A stretch of 64,000 nucleotides of DNA from assembly GCF_963921235.1 (NCBI RefSeq), contig NC_086128.1, positions 33,728,001-33,792,000 on the forward strand, in the 5' to 3' direction. The stretch is from Mobula hypostoma (taxonomy: Eukaryota). Below, piece by piece: positions 40,069 through 53,517 of the stretch; the first letter of the stretch is position 1; the number at the start of each line of letters is the position of its first letter. The notes under the pieces are model-generated. The model was not told the origin of the DNA, did not search any database, and worked only from the letters and a program-made list of their open reading frames with translations. The position numbers and the translations under genes are program-made.

Positions 40069-43000
40069 GGTCAGTATTCATGTAATATGCTGTCTCCTGC
40101 TTTATTCACATGCACTGAAGTATTCACTAGAACTTCCAGCTTTTAAGGTGTAAGCAATGGATCTGCCACCACATTCAAGCTTTTGTTTGTTTTCTCTCTC
40201 CTCCAGATTTGAACTGAAACAAATGAGCAGCCCTGCCCTTTCTTTCCAACCACTACCCAGCAGAAATTCACTTTTCACTTGCCAGTTGCAAATTTTGCTC
40301 ACATTTGATCATTGAATTATTATAGTAAACATTTGTTCTATACTGTATTACACAATGCAGCTAGAAAGTGCAAAATGTGATTATAAGCCCTTTGCATTTC
40401 ACAGAAGTCTCATGGTGTATTTCCCTGCTAAGATTTGAAACAGGCAACTATTTTCACCAGCACCAATTGTTTTTGGCCAGTCAATATTGACATAATTGTT
40501 AGAAACAAGGCCCCTCAAGTCCAGTATTTTAAGACACCTAACAAAATCACTCGAAGTAAACCTTGCACTGAAGTTGAACAACAATTTTAATCAGATATTA
40601 AGTCTTTGAGTTTGATGACAATCTAATAGTTTCAGTGTCCATTACTAATAGTATGTTCATTTAACCAAATTCAAATTCCAATTCCTCAGCTGCCATGGTG
40701 AATTCATTCTCTAGTCTCTGAATCATTAGCCTTTGCTTGTCCAGTAATTTAACCACTTCCTTATATGACAATCAGTACAAATGATTCGTCAGTTAATATT
40801 GCTTTTTTAAAATTGAGTTGGAACTGTTAGCTCTGTGGACAGAGTAATCCATTTTTATGTCTGTACGCTTAAATCGTGACTCTGGCAAATCTGTCTGGCT
40901 ATTGGGATTCTAAATGGAACAAAGTTGGGCAGGTCCAACCCAATTCTAACTGGGCATGCTTCAGCAGTTCAGAATTGGCTTCTGCAGATTTACTTGAGAC
41001 TACAAGACATTTTGTGAATCTAAATCATTCGCAATGAAATTAAGGTATGTTGGGGCACCATAGAACTTTCCTACAGCTGGTTTTATATTTGCAAACATAC
41101 ATTATACTGGCACAAAGATTTTGTGCTTTATTATGAATAAAGTTGATTGTTTAAATGAATAAAAATATTTAATTACCTCCCCCAAATAACATTATCCTGT
41201 CTTTGACGATTACAAAATTGATTACCTTGTCCTACAAAACTGGCTAAATGTGATAAAACCTAATGATAAAATCATAATCTTGTTAGTATTCTACCATTTC
41301 TAAATCTAATACAGCACAACATTTCATCTAGCTTCTTTCAAATAGGTTAAGAGTTAACATTATATTAGGCAAAAAGTTAACATATTAGGCAACAGCAAAG
41401 CCAATCAAAAAGATGCATTTGAATGAATTGTAAGAGACAAGGGCTTGACACCGTGAACAACAGCAGGTTTTATAAGTACGTGATAACATGACATGATAGA
41501 GAATATGCTGGCTTAAATTGCAGACTTTACAATATAAAAGTGATGTTAATAGCTAGCCATGTAATCCTAAACTCCTCTATTATGGTGGCTTGGCTAATAT
41601 ATCGATCTCTGAGTCAGCAAGTTATTGGTAAAGTTTTCAGGTCAAGGATCAAAGCAAGTTTTTCAGTGCAATACTGAAGCATTATGATGTTACGAGAGAT
41701 GTTATTAAAGGATTATTATGCTATAAGAGGTACGAATAAACTGATCCCCATTCACTTACTGTGAAAGTAGTGTTTGACTGGAAGTATTCAAGATTCAAAA
41801 TTGTTTAATGTCATTTTCAGTACACAAGTGTAAAGCAGAACAAAATAATTGTTCTGAATCTGATGCAGCACAAAAAAACAAAGATAAAATAATAATAATA
41901 AAAATCACAAATACATAAAATGTCTTGTATACATAGACAATATGTCCATAAAGTGATGCTAGGCACATGAATGTCTGTACAAAAGGTGACTGATAGGAAA
42001 TGATAAAGTAGTGGTGGTTGGCAGTGTAGTGGAGTGGGTTAGTGGGTGGAGGTGTTGATCAGCCTTACTACTTGGGGAAGCTAACTGTTTCTGAGTCTGG
42101 TGTTCTGGCGCGGATGCTACGCTTTCAGGAATCTCTTAAAGCCACAAATGAACAGGACACCCTGCTGCTGAGGTTGGGAGAAGGAGAAAGAGGAAAGTCT
42201 GAAGGATCAGCTGTGGCAGAGGTTTTTGGGTAAGAGAGACCAAGCACTTGGAAGAAGAAGCTGGATTTGAAGCTAGCCATGGATTATGCAGCTCAGGACC
42301 AGAGCAGGCACAGATATGGCTGTGAGTGCCAAGGTTCCCATAGGACCAATTGGAATACAATGACATGGTGATTAACCTACTGGATAGTAAGCTAGTTAGT
42401 GTCTAACCAGGTGCACTTTTTAATGTGTGGGTGAATATCCTGTAGTTTAACTTGTAGTGAAGGAGTCCAAAACACCTGGATTGCGTTGATAAGAGCAGAT
42501 CAGACCTGGTCTGGCTTATAGTACAAACAATGTCAGATTCCCAGCAAAGTATTTGATTCTTAACTGCCCTATGAAGTAATCCAGAAAGCTGATCAGTTGA
42601 AATAAATGGTATGGCTTGAATATTTTTTAGTTTTAACTGATAATAGGAAACAAAATGCTCTCAAAAACCAGGTTAGATTTTTTTATAGTGGTAAACAAAC
42701 CTATTTGATTCATAAGCAAAATGAACAAATTTGACGATATGTATTTTGTGTTTTGTCTCATTAAGCAGTCTCTAGTAATTTTGGTTGGCAGGGACACCCA
42801 ACTGAAAAGGATAACCATCCTGTTTAAGTTGAATAATTTAGAATAATATTATCAGAGACATTGGTATTGTACATGTGAACAATAGAGCTCAGAGTCTTTA
42901 GTTTAAGGAAGCACTGTAAACACCTCCCCTGTCAGCATATGTATCATCAGTAATTCCTGTTTCAAAAGCGGAAATGTCACTAATCTTGGTAACAACACCG

Positions 43001-44195
43001 ACATCACTGTATTACCAAGTTTGCTGGTTTACATAACACATTAAAAAAAAAGTGATGAACCCTAAACAGTTTCTGCTCATCAACAATTTAATTCTCTTAA
43101 AGACACCTAACATAGTCAAGCCATGGACTACTGTGCATAACCTCTCGAACTCAGAGATAGTTTATTGTCAATTTCAGGCTTGGTTTAGAAGAATGCAACA
43201 TTATTTTTTACAATGATTCTACATTTATAACAGTGATTCTTATCTTTTACTGTATTTGGGATACTATATATGATGTGTTACAGTAATAGATGATATTTTA
43301 CAGTAAAGAAATTTTCCTTACTAATTATATCCATAATGCCTCTTATAGGAAACCATATACTTTACTAATAACCTTCATAGCGTCAACTGCTCTTTTTTAC
43401 ATGGTCTGGTTTACATACAAGGCGTTGTATGAAATAATCCAGCATGCCATTTCAAGAATGGGAATAAAGAACGTTTGGGCTTGAATTTTTCAGTCAGTTT
43501 TAACCATTAATAATGGGAAAAATGTTCTCAAAGACCTGGTTGGAATTTTTTAAATAGCAATGAGCTATGTTTATAATATTTGGAATCAGAGTCATAAAAA
43601 GATACAGTGTGAAAACAGGCCCTTCAGCTCACCAAGACCATGTTGGCCATCAAGACTTCATATTTTATACTAATCCTACCCTAATCCATTTTAGTTTCCC
43701 ATATTTACCATAAACTACCCTGACCTCACAGATTCACCTACTAACAGTAGCCAATTAACCTATCTGTGTGCATGTCTTTGGCATGCAGCATGAAACCAGA
43801 GCATTCAGAGGAAACTCATGTGGTTTACAGGGAGAATGTGCAAACTCTGCACAGCACCAGAGGTCAGGATTGAATCTGGGTCACTGGAACAGTTAGGCAG
43901 CTGCTCTACGAGCTACTCCACTGTGCTGTAATGTTAACGATACCTTAATCAACTGACCTTCAAATTGCATTGTTCAGTTTGTAGATGTATAGTAGAATAG
44001 CCAATAATGAAATAAAATACCCAGCATGTCAAGTAGTATCCATGGAGGGAGAAACAGATAATGTTTCAGGTTGATAAACTTTCATCAGAACAAGGATAAG
44101 ATAGAGAGCAGGCACTTTCTAAAATGCAGAAAAAGGAGAGGAGTGGAGGGAAGAAAAGGGAATATCTGCATTGGCGTGGAGCCCATGAGAGATTG

Positions 44196-45612
44196 AATCA
44201 GAATCAGGTTTAATATCCCTGGCATATGCCATGAAATTTGTTAACTTAGTGACAGCAGTACAATGCAATACGTGATAAATATAGGAAAAATAAATCAATT
44301 ACAGCAAGTATATATGTATATTAAATAGTTAAATTAAAAATAGTTGTGCAAAAACAAATTATAAATAGTGAGGTAGTGTTCATGGGTTCAATGTCCATTT
44401 AGGAATCGGATGGCAGAGGGGAAGAAGCTGTTCCTGAATCGCTGAGTGCGTGCCTTCAGGCTTCTGTATCTCCTTCCTGATGGTAACAGTGAGAAGAGGG
44501 CATCTCCTGGGTGGTGGGGGTCCTTAATAATGGACGCTGCCTTTCTGAGACCCTGTTCCTTGAAGATGTCTTGTTTACCATGGTGGCTAGTGCCCCTGAT
44601 GGCGCTGACTAATTTCAATCCATGTGCAGCAGCACCACCCCCACCCCTGTCCCCCATACCAGCCAGTGATGCAATCAATCAAAATGCTCTCTGCAGTACA
44701 TCTGCAGATATTTTTGAGTGTTTTAGTTGACAAAACAAATCTCCTCAAACTCCAAATGAAATATAGCCACTATCATGCCTTCTTTATAGCTGCATCGATA
44801 TGTTGGGACCAAGTTAAACCCTCAGAGATCTTGACATCCAGGAACTTGAAAATGCTCACTTTCTCCACTCCTGATCGCTCTGTGAGAATTGGTTCATGAT
44901 CCCTCGTCTTGCCCTTTCTGGTCCATAACTGGTTCTTTGGTTTTACTGATGTTGAATGCCAGGTTGTTGCTGTGACACCACTCCACTAGTTGGCATATCT
45001 CACTCCTGTACGCCCTCTCATCACCACTTGAGATTCTACCAACAATGATTGTATCATCAGCAAATTTATAGATGGTATTTGAGCTATGCCTAGCCACACA
45101 GTCATGGGTATATAGAGAGTAGAGCAGTGGGCTAAGCACCCCTGAGGTGCGCCAGTGTTGATCGTCAATGAGAAGGAGATGTTATCACCAATCCGCACAG
45201 ATTATGGTCTTCAGGATAGGAAGCCGAGGATCCAATTGCAGATGGAGGTACAGAGGCCCAGGTTCTGCAACTTCTCAATCGTGATTGTGGGAATGATGGT
45301 ATTAAATGCTGAGCTATAGTCGAGGAACAGCATCCTGACATAGGTGTTTGTGTTGTCCAGATGGTCTAAAGCCATGTGAAGAGCCATTGAGATTGCATCT
45401 GCTGTTGACCTATTGTGGTGATAGGCAAATTGCAGTGGGTCCAGGTCCTTGCTGAGACAGGAGTTCAGTCTAGTCATAACCAACCTCTCAAAGCATTTCA
45501 TCACTGTCGATGTGAGTGCTACCAGACAATAGTCATTAAGGCAGCCCACATTATTCTTATTAGGCACTGGTATAATTGTTGCCTTTTTTGAAGCAAGTGG
45601 GAACTTCGCCCA
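44196..45612 (-). mobile_element. Rex1/Babar-type LINE, 5'-truncated (copy R1)
   Basis: RT ORFs 45211-45567 and 44894-45139 (LSPLLYSLYTHDC, KFADDT) and C-terminal ORF 44388-44678; tail gaatcagaatcagg. Confidence 0.9.
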
Positions 45613-46444
45613 CTTGGAATAGCTGTCACATGTACATCATGCAGCACCTGTTTATACATTGATGGTCTTGCACAAATGTTGATAATATTGAGTCGAATGA
45701 TCGTAGAATAGTACAAACCCTTTAAACTACTTCAAGGCCAGTCTAACCCTTCCCTCCTACACAGTCCTCCATTTTTCTTTCATCTGTGTGCCTATCTAAG
45801 AGTCTCTTAAACATCCCTAGTCTATCTGCCTCTACCGCCACTCCCGGCAGCATGTTCCACACACGCACCTCTGTTTTTTAAAAAAACAAGCAACCTCTGG
45901 TATTCCCCCCCCCCGCCATACTTCCCTCTAATCATCAATATGACCTCTTGTATTAACCATTTCTGCCCTGGGAAAAAGGCACTGGCTGTCCACTCTCTGC
46001 CTCTTATCATCTTATACACCTCTATCAAGTCACCTTTTGCTTCAAAATAGAAAAACCCTAGATGATACCATTTATTTGAGTGTCTGAATCAAGAGATTTT
46101 TTTCAGTCAGAGGACGCTATAATGGTAAATTAGGTGGTGGTGGGTTTGTGTTTTTTGATGGATTTGGTAAGAAGACGGAGGAGCCACCTTCTTGGATAGT
46201 CAGATAAGGCCTGTATTTAATGTCTCGTGACATAAACACAGTCAATAGATGAAATGCTGCAGTAGTCCTGGGAGGGGCACCCAATTTTGTTCACACCGTA
46301 GGGCAGTGATACTGAGCAAACTAGGTGTGGGCCACATCTGTGATGTGGCAAAGATGTGCTCTAGAAATAGCCACACCTCAGAGTAGCTACAGCACTGACA
46401 TCTGTGTTTGCCCCCTAAAAAACACAATCAGGAAACATCCTATC

Positions 46445-47605
46445 AGCAAGGCATTTGATAAGGTACCCCATGCAAGGCTTATTGAGAAAGTAAGGAGGCA
46501 TGGGATCCAAGGGGACATTGCTTTGTGGATTCAGAACTGGCTTGCCCACAGAAGGCAAAGAGTGGTTGTGGACAGGTCATATTCTGCATGGAGGTCGGTG
46601 ACCAGTGGTGTGCCTCAGGGATCTGTTCTGGGACCCTTTACTCTTTGTGATTTTTATAAATGACCTGGATGAAGAAGTGGAAGGATGGGTTAGTAAGTTT
46701 GCTGATGACACAAAGGTTGGAGGTGTTGTAGATAGTGTGGAGGGCTGTCAGAGGTTACAGCAGGACATTGATAGGATGCAAAACTGGGCCAAGAAGTGGC
46801 AGAGGGAGTTCAACCCAGATAGCTGTGAGGTGGTCCAATTTGATAGGTCAGATATGATGGCAGAATATAGTATTAATGGTAAGAATCTTGGCAGTGTGGA
46901 GGATCAGAGGGATCTTGGGGTCCGAGTCCAAAGGACGCTCAAAGTAGCTGCACAGGTTGACTCTGTGATAAAGAACACATACGGTGTATTGGCCCTCATC
47001 AATCGTGGAATTGAATTTAGGAGCCGAAAGGTAATGTTGCAGCTATATAGGACCCTGGTCAGACCCTACTTGGAGTACTGTGCTCAGTTCTAGTTGCCTC
47101 ACTACAGGAAGGATGTGGAAACCATAGAAAGGGTGCAGAGGAGATTTACAAGGATGTTGCCTGGATTGGGGGGCATGTGTTATGAAGACAGGTTGAGTGA
47201 ACTCAGCCTTTTCTCCTTGGAGCGACAGAGGGTGGGAGGTGACCTGATGGAGGTATTTAAGATGATGAGAGGCATTGATCGTGTGGATAGTCAGAGGCTT
47301 TTTCCCAGGGCTGAAATGGCTGCCACAAGAGGGCACAGGTTTAAGGTGCTGGGGAGTAGGTACAGAGGAGATGTCAGGGGTAAGTTTTTACACATAGAGA
47401 GTGGTGAGTGCGTGGAATGGGCTGCCGGCAACGGTGGTGGAGGCGGATACGATAGGATCTTTTAAGAGACTTTTGGATAGGTGCATGGAGCTTAGAAAAA
47501 TAGAGGGCTATGGGTAAGCCTAGTAATTTCTAAGGTAGGGACATGTTCAGCACAACTTTGTGGGCCTAAGGGCCTGTATTGTGCTGTAGGTTTTCTATGT
47601 TTCTA
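46445..47605 (+). mobile_element. CR1/HER1-type LINE RT and 3' end
   Basis: KAFDKVPH, SGVPQGSVLGP, KFADDTK, RPYLEYCAQF; frameshift and stop. Confidence 0.92.
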
Positions 47606-47852
47606 ATAGTGTCCTCTGGTCACTAGTTAAGTGATTAAAAATGTCCTCAACACCTACAGTCAAGCAATTAATCACCTCCCTCATGTAAGAAGCAAAAGGC
47701 TTGATGGAATTCTTTCCACTGTCCTTGATGGGTTCAGCCTCAATAATGCTGAAGCTCAACACCAAGGCTTGGTAGTGTAACACCATTACAGTGCTAGTGA
47801 CTTGGGTTCAATTTCCACTGCTCTCTGTAAGGAATTTGTACATTCTCTACAT

Positions 47853-48298
47853 TACATAGAAACATAGAAAATAGGTGCAGGAGTAGGCCATTCGGCCCTT
47901 CGAGCCTGCACCGCCATTTATTATGATCATAGCTGATCATCCAACTCAGAACCCCGCCCCAGCCTTCCCCTGACCCCCGTAGCCACAAGGGCCATATCTA
48001 ACTCCCTCTTAAATATAGCCAATGAACTGGCCTCAACAGTTTCCTGTGGCAGAGAATTCCACAGATTCACCACTCTCTGTGTGAAGAAGTTTTTCCTAAT
48101 CTCGGTCCTAAAAGGCTTCCCCTCTATCCTCAAACTGTGGCCCCTTGTTCTGGACTTCCCCAACATCGGGAACAATCTTCCTGCATCTAGCCTGTCCAAT
48201 CCCTTTAGGATTTTATACGTTTCAATCAGATCCCCCCTCAATCTTCTAAATTCCAACGAGTACAAGCCCAGTTCATCCAGTCTTTCTTCATATGAAAG
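47853..48298 (-). mobile_element. Young CR1 3' end nested in a SINE (about 47770-48510)
   Basis: ORF 47927-48265 YSLEFRRLRGDLIETYKIL...; catagaaa tail repeats; SINE head to the left and SINE body to the right. Confidence 0.85.
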
Positions 48299-48799
48299 TC
48301 CATGTGGGTCTCCTCTGGTTTCTCAGATTTCCCACATTCCAAAGACGTATGGGTTAGGGTCGTAAGCTGTGCGCATACTACTTTGGCGCCGGACACATGG
48401 CGACACTTGCGGCTGCCACCAACACATCCTTGAACTCTATTGGTCAGTGATGCAAATGACATATTTCACTACAAGTGTTGATATACAGGTGACAAATAAA
48501 GCTACTATTTAATCTTCATCATCCAGGGCAAGGCAACCTGTTAGCTCGTGATGGGCCAAACTAATCTTCTGCATGTTGTATTTTTTTTTAAAAAGCAAGT
48601 CATTGAGATAGCACCTTGCACGTTCCTTTCAGGACATCAGTGGGTGTCCTGCACTTAGAAATATAGTCACTTGTCATTTAAGACTCCCTGAAGTAAATGT
48701 GATCCAAAGATGTCAGTTACAGTAGTATATCAGGAAAGAAAAGTTTCAATTAATGAAGGTGGAGGTCATGATAAGTAACCATATGTGTACCTTTTTTAG

Positions 48800-49219
48800 G
48801 TTGTTGAACGATCCCTTTCAAAATCCTTTGTCCTGAAGGTTTCAGCATTGTTTGTCACACCCAGAACAGCGGGAGCCCGTGTTTTGATGGACGAGCACCA
48901 GAAGCAGCTCTGGCCTGAAGAAGAAGAGCACGAAGGTGCAGGTAGTTGTGGAGATGAGAAGGCACTGCCACGTGGCAGCAGATCCCACATCACATTGGCA
49001 TGTGCTCCTGGAGTGCAGGCTGTTCAGACCGGAATCGATCTGCTCAGTATCTTGAAGATCGAGGAAGAAAAACCCAACCCTGAATTTCACATCACGTTGG
49101 AAGAAGGTCAACTTTTGGGCTTAGGTCAAGGGGTGTGGATCGTCAACCTGCCCAAACCAATTGAAGTTAACACCATTTTCTCTGGGTTTTATGCAAAAAA
49201 GGAATCCACCAATGAATGA
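48800..49219 (+). CDS. CNP: CNP-like phosphodiesterase, terminal coding exon (located upstream of the earlier exons)
   Basis: cttttttag|GTT, phase 0: VVERSLSKSFVLKVSALFVTPRTAGARV...LPRGSRSHITL...VQAVQTGIDLL...IFSGFYAKKESTNE*. Contains the second 2H motif HITL and is collinear with the vertebrate CNP C-terminus. Orthologue versus paralogue is uncertain. Confidence 0.9.
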   Translation, partial: VVERSLSKSFVLKVSALFVTPRTAGARVLMDEHQKQLWPEEEEHEGAGSCGDEKALPRGSRSHITLACAPGVQAVQTGIDLLSILKIEEEKPNPEFHITLEEGQLLGLGQGVWIVNLPKPIEVNTIFSGFYAKKESTNE

Positions 49220-50046
49220 AAGAATGTTTTAAAAACAAATTCCTCGTGTTGACAATTTTTACTTAGTTATGAGGCACAAAACTTTCAAATAGTTAAAATC
49301 TGTGGTACATTTGATGTAATCTCTTCCAAACACAGTATGGGGAATCTTGTTTTAAACTGTTGGGCTAGACTTTTCTATTTTCGTCTAAAATTGTTCTGTA
49401 ATTGCAATATTCTGGTAAGCCATTTGCTTTGCTTTAAGTGTAACCATATGCTTAGGGTATAATTTCACTACCAAGCCAAATCAGCTACCCTGCCAGATCA
49501 GATCCATTGGTGATTTAACCAAGGCAAGGTTACCTTATGGCAAGGCTGCATTTAACTGTTCTGTTGTGGCCTGTTCAAGTTTAGATGACAGTGTAGAGGG
49601 AATTAGAATTTGTTTGTTGTGTAGTGACATAATTTGGGGAAGAATACTGCACAAAACAAAACAATCAGACATAAATCCATGGTAGTGTGAAAGGTAGTCT
49701 GCTGTATTCTGTTGCTGAGGTAGGGTTAGGATACTGTAGGTTGGTTCAAGAACTTGGTGGTTGTAAGAAAGTAGCTGTTCCTCAACCTGCTAGATGTGGG
49801 ACTTCAGGCTTTGTAGCTCCTGCCTGATGGTAGCAGTGAGAAGAATGCATGACCTGGATGGTGGGGATCCTTTGCTCCAAAGAGAACAACTCCAGTATCT
49901 CCAGACCAAATCCTTCATCAATTCTTCCTTCCTGCATTGTAATCAATGTGGTGACCAAAATTGGATGTAATACCAGTAATGGCCTTGCCTTGCTGTCACA
50001 CAGATTCAACGCAACTCCCCTGCTTCTTCACCTATGCCTCATTTTA

Positions 50047-50991
50047 TCAGAATTAGGTTTAATATCACCAGCGTATGCTGTGAAATTTGTTGTCTTTGCG
50101 GTAGCAGCACAATGCAATACATATTAGGAAAAACTGTGAATTACAATAAATATATATATTAAATAGTTAAGTAGTACAAAAATAAAAATTAGTGAGGTAG
50201 TGTCCATTCAGAAATTGGATGGCAGGGGGGAAGAAGGTGTTTCTGAATTTTTGAGTATGTGGCTTCTGGCTTCTGTACTTCCTTCCTGATGGTAACAGTG
50301 AGAAAAAGGCATGACCTCGGTGATGGGGATCCTTAATGATCGATGCCACCTTTTTGAAGCATCGCTCCTTGAAGATGTCCTGGATACTGTGGAGGCTAGT
50401 GCCCATGACTGAGCTGACTAATTTTACAACTTCCTGTAGCTTCTTTCGGTCCTGTGCAGTCATCCCCCTCTTCCCCACTCCTCTCCCTCATACTAGATGG
50501 TGATACAGCTAGTTAGAATACTCTCCAGAGTACATCTGTAGAAATTTGTGAGTGCATTTGGTGACAAAACAAATCTCCTCAAGCTCCTAATGAAATATAG
50601 CCGCTATCATACCTTCTTTGTAGCTGCTTCGATATGTTCGGCCCAGGTTAGATCCTCAGAGATCTTGACATCTAGGAACTTGAAACTGCTCACTCTTTCT
50701 GCTTCTGATCCCTCTATGAAGATTGGTGTGTGATCCCTCATCTTATCTTTTCTCAAGTCCACAATCAGTTCTTTGGTCTTACTGATGTTGAGTGCAAGGT
50801 TGTTGTTGCCTAGCCACACAGTCATGGCTGTAGAGAGAGAGCAGAGCAGTGGGCTAAACACAGATCCTTGAGGTGCAGCAATGTTGATTGTTAGCGAGGT
50901 GGAGATGTTATTTCCAATCTGCACAGATTGTAGTCTCCTGGTGAGGAAGTCAAGGATCCAGTTGCATATGGAGGTACAGAGGCCCAGGTTA
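50047..50991 (-). mobile_element. Rex1/Babar-type LINE fragment (copy R2)
   Basis: ORFs 50167-50478 and 50607-51017; same family as R1 and R3. Confidence 0.88.
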
Positions 50992-51159
50992 TGAACTTCA
51001 GTGCCTTCTAAGCTCAACTAATCATTCTCCCAATGTATCCTTCTGACTTCAAATGTTTGCACAGAATTGGGAATAGCCTTCCTCCCTGAGTAGCATAGCC
51101 GACCATATGTTTACCATCTGCAAGATGCTCTGCTTCAGAAATGTGAGTTGCTCTTGAAA

Positions 51160-51947
51160 TTCATAAAAACATAAGACCACAAGATATAGGGGCAGAATTA
51201 GGCCATTTGGCCCATCAAGTCTGCTCTGCCATTTTATCATGGCTGATCCATTTCCCTCTCAGCCCCAATCTCCTGCCTTCTCCCCATAACCCTTCATGCC
51301 CTGACTAATCAAGAATTTATCAACCTCTGCCTTAAACATACCCAATGACTAGGCCTCCACAGTCAACTCAACATGCAAATTAACCTTTAGAGAATCCTGC
51401 AAGAGGACTCCCAAGTCCCTTTGCACCTCAGATTTGTGAATTTTCTCTCCATGTAGAAAATAGTCCACACCTTTATATCTTCGACCAAGTGCATGACCAT
51501 ACACTTCCTGACACTACCGACACCTGCCGCTTCTTTGCCCATTCTCCTAATCTAAGTCCTTCTGTAGCCTCTCTGCTTCCTCAAGACTACCTGCCCCTCT
51601 ACCTATCTTCATATTGCCCACAAGCCTGGCCACAAAGCTATCAATTTTGTCATCCAAATCATTAACATATAACATAAAAAGTGGTCTCAACGCAGGCCCC
51701 TGTGGAACCCCACTGGAACACCACTGGTCACTGGCAGCCAAGCAGAAAAGGCTCACTTTATTCCCACTTTGCCAGTCAGCCACTGCTTCATCCATACTAG
51801 AATCTTTCCTGTAATACCATGGGCTTGTAGCTTGTTAAAGAGCCTCATGTGTGGCACCTTGTCAAAGGCCTTCTGAAAATACAAGTATACAACATCAACC
51901 AGTTCTCCTTTGTCTATCCTGCTTGTTATGTTTTCAAAGAATTCCAA
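51160..51947 (-). mobile_element. CR1-type LINE fragments
   Basis: VDVVYLYFQKAFDKVPH and SGVPQGP motifs. Confidence 0.85.
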
Positions 51948-52310
51948 ATTCAGGTTCAGATTTATTTGTCACATGTACTTCGAAATACAGTGAAATGTGT
52001 CATTTGCGCTAACAATACACCCTAAGGATGTGCTGGGGGCAGTCTACAAATATCGCCACACATTCTCGCGCCAATATAGCATGCCTGCAATGCTCAACAA
52101 AACTACACAAGCAACAATAATAATAATAACAACAAAACAACAGCAAACAAACCCCTTTCCCACCCGCACACACACACAGAAGGCGTCCAATTCCAGGACA
52201 GGCCACCTCTGGGCCTCCAGTCCTTGGCATATAAAGGAGAGTTTGAACTTGGCATTCCCACTTTTTCTCACTTGTTTCCATTTCTTTTTTAGATCAGAAG
52301 CTTATTCAGA

Positions 52311-52935
52311 ATGGGCGGAAAAACATCCAAGACTAAGCCTGTGCCATACACCAGTTTCCCTTTCCTTGATGACAGCGATACCATAGAAGCAATCAAAGCA
52401 GTTCACTCCCTCTTCATTCTGCGTGGCCTTCCAGGCAGCGGGAAGTCTACCATTGCCAAAAAAATCACAGAAAAATATTCGGGGATCTCTGCTGTCGCTT
52501 CTGCTGATGACTTCGAGCTCATTCCCCAGGTGGATGAATCTGAGGCAGACCGTAGTAGGTACGACAGGTTGGACCAGAAAATCCATCAGTGGTTTGAAGA
52601 AGATAAGAAGGTCCTTGTGGTTGATGACACCCATCATGATTTGAAACGCCTGGACTATCTCTTTGATCTTGCCAGAGACAAGGACTACATTGTCTTCATT
52701 GTTAACTGTAGAATGGAGGAGAGCAACAACTTCCAGCTTCTGGTCAAAAACAGCCACTGGAAATTCTCTGTGGAGATGATGGAACAGCTGGAGCCAATTT
52801 TGAAGAAGAACATAATCCCATACTACTTTGGTTGGTTCTTGGTGAAAGAGGATGGGGAGAAGATGCGCAGAATTGCAATGCAATTCCTGGATCAGCTCAG
52901 CAAAAATGAGACATTTCTGAAAGAGTTTGTAAAAT
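52311..52935 (+). CDS. CNP: CNP-like, large exon encoding the N-terminal polynucleotide-kinase-like domain (exon starts at 52293)
   Basis: FPFLDD...LFILRGLPGSGKST (P-loop)...VVDDTHH...PYYFGWFL. Acceptor tttttag at 52292, strong Kozak agaATGg, phase-1 donor AAAT|gtatat. Confidence 0.92.
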
Positions 52936-53517
52936 GTATATAGTTTTTTTTGTTATTGAATATTTTTTTGGTGTTGGGATGGGCTGGACCTTTGTCTCAC
53001 AGGCACAGTCCTGGCTGATTTAATTCCACTGAAAGTTTTTTGCAGTGCCTGAAGCACTGCTTTATATATTGTAATCCAGTGACCAGCCTCTTCCTGAAGG
53101 CTGAGGCAGGGTTACGAGGTCAGAGCAGCTGTCCAGAGTGTCTCCATCCTCTGTTGGCAAGCTGTAGAGACATCACAACACTGCCTATTGCAGTCCTCAA
53201 CCAACCTACTGAACACAAACAGCAGGGAAAGTCAATGCTAGCTTGATAAGAATGGATTGGAGTGGATGAGCCTTTAAATGCATATGCGATAAATAAACGA
53301 TAAAATTTGAGATATCTGCAGCTGTGAGATGGCCTTTCAGCTCATTACATCAATGCCAGCCAATCACCAAAAATAAAAATAAAGCAAAAAAGCCCAGGTA
53401 GATTGAACTAGGCAGAAAAACAGGTTGGCAAGGACTTGATGGGACGAAGGGTGTGCTTCTGTGCTGTAGTGCTCTATGACTCTTGGCTGTGCATTAAATG
53501 TATTTTGTTTACTGCAG

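Noticed and set aside
42129-42229. Exon-like segment ag|GAATCTC...TTTGG|gtaaga
   Set aside because: The acceptor abuts a truncated LINE tail and lacks a good pyrimidine tract; no recognisable homology.
52302-52883. 193-aa minus-strand ORF
   Set aside because: Antisense shadow of the CNP-like exon.
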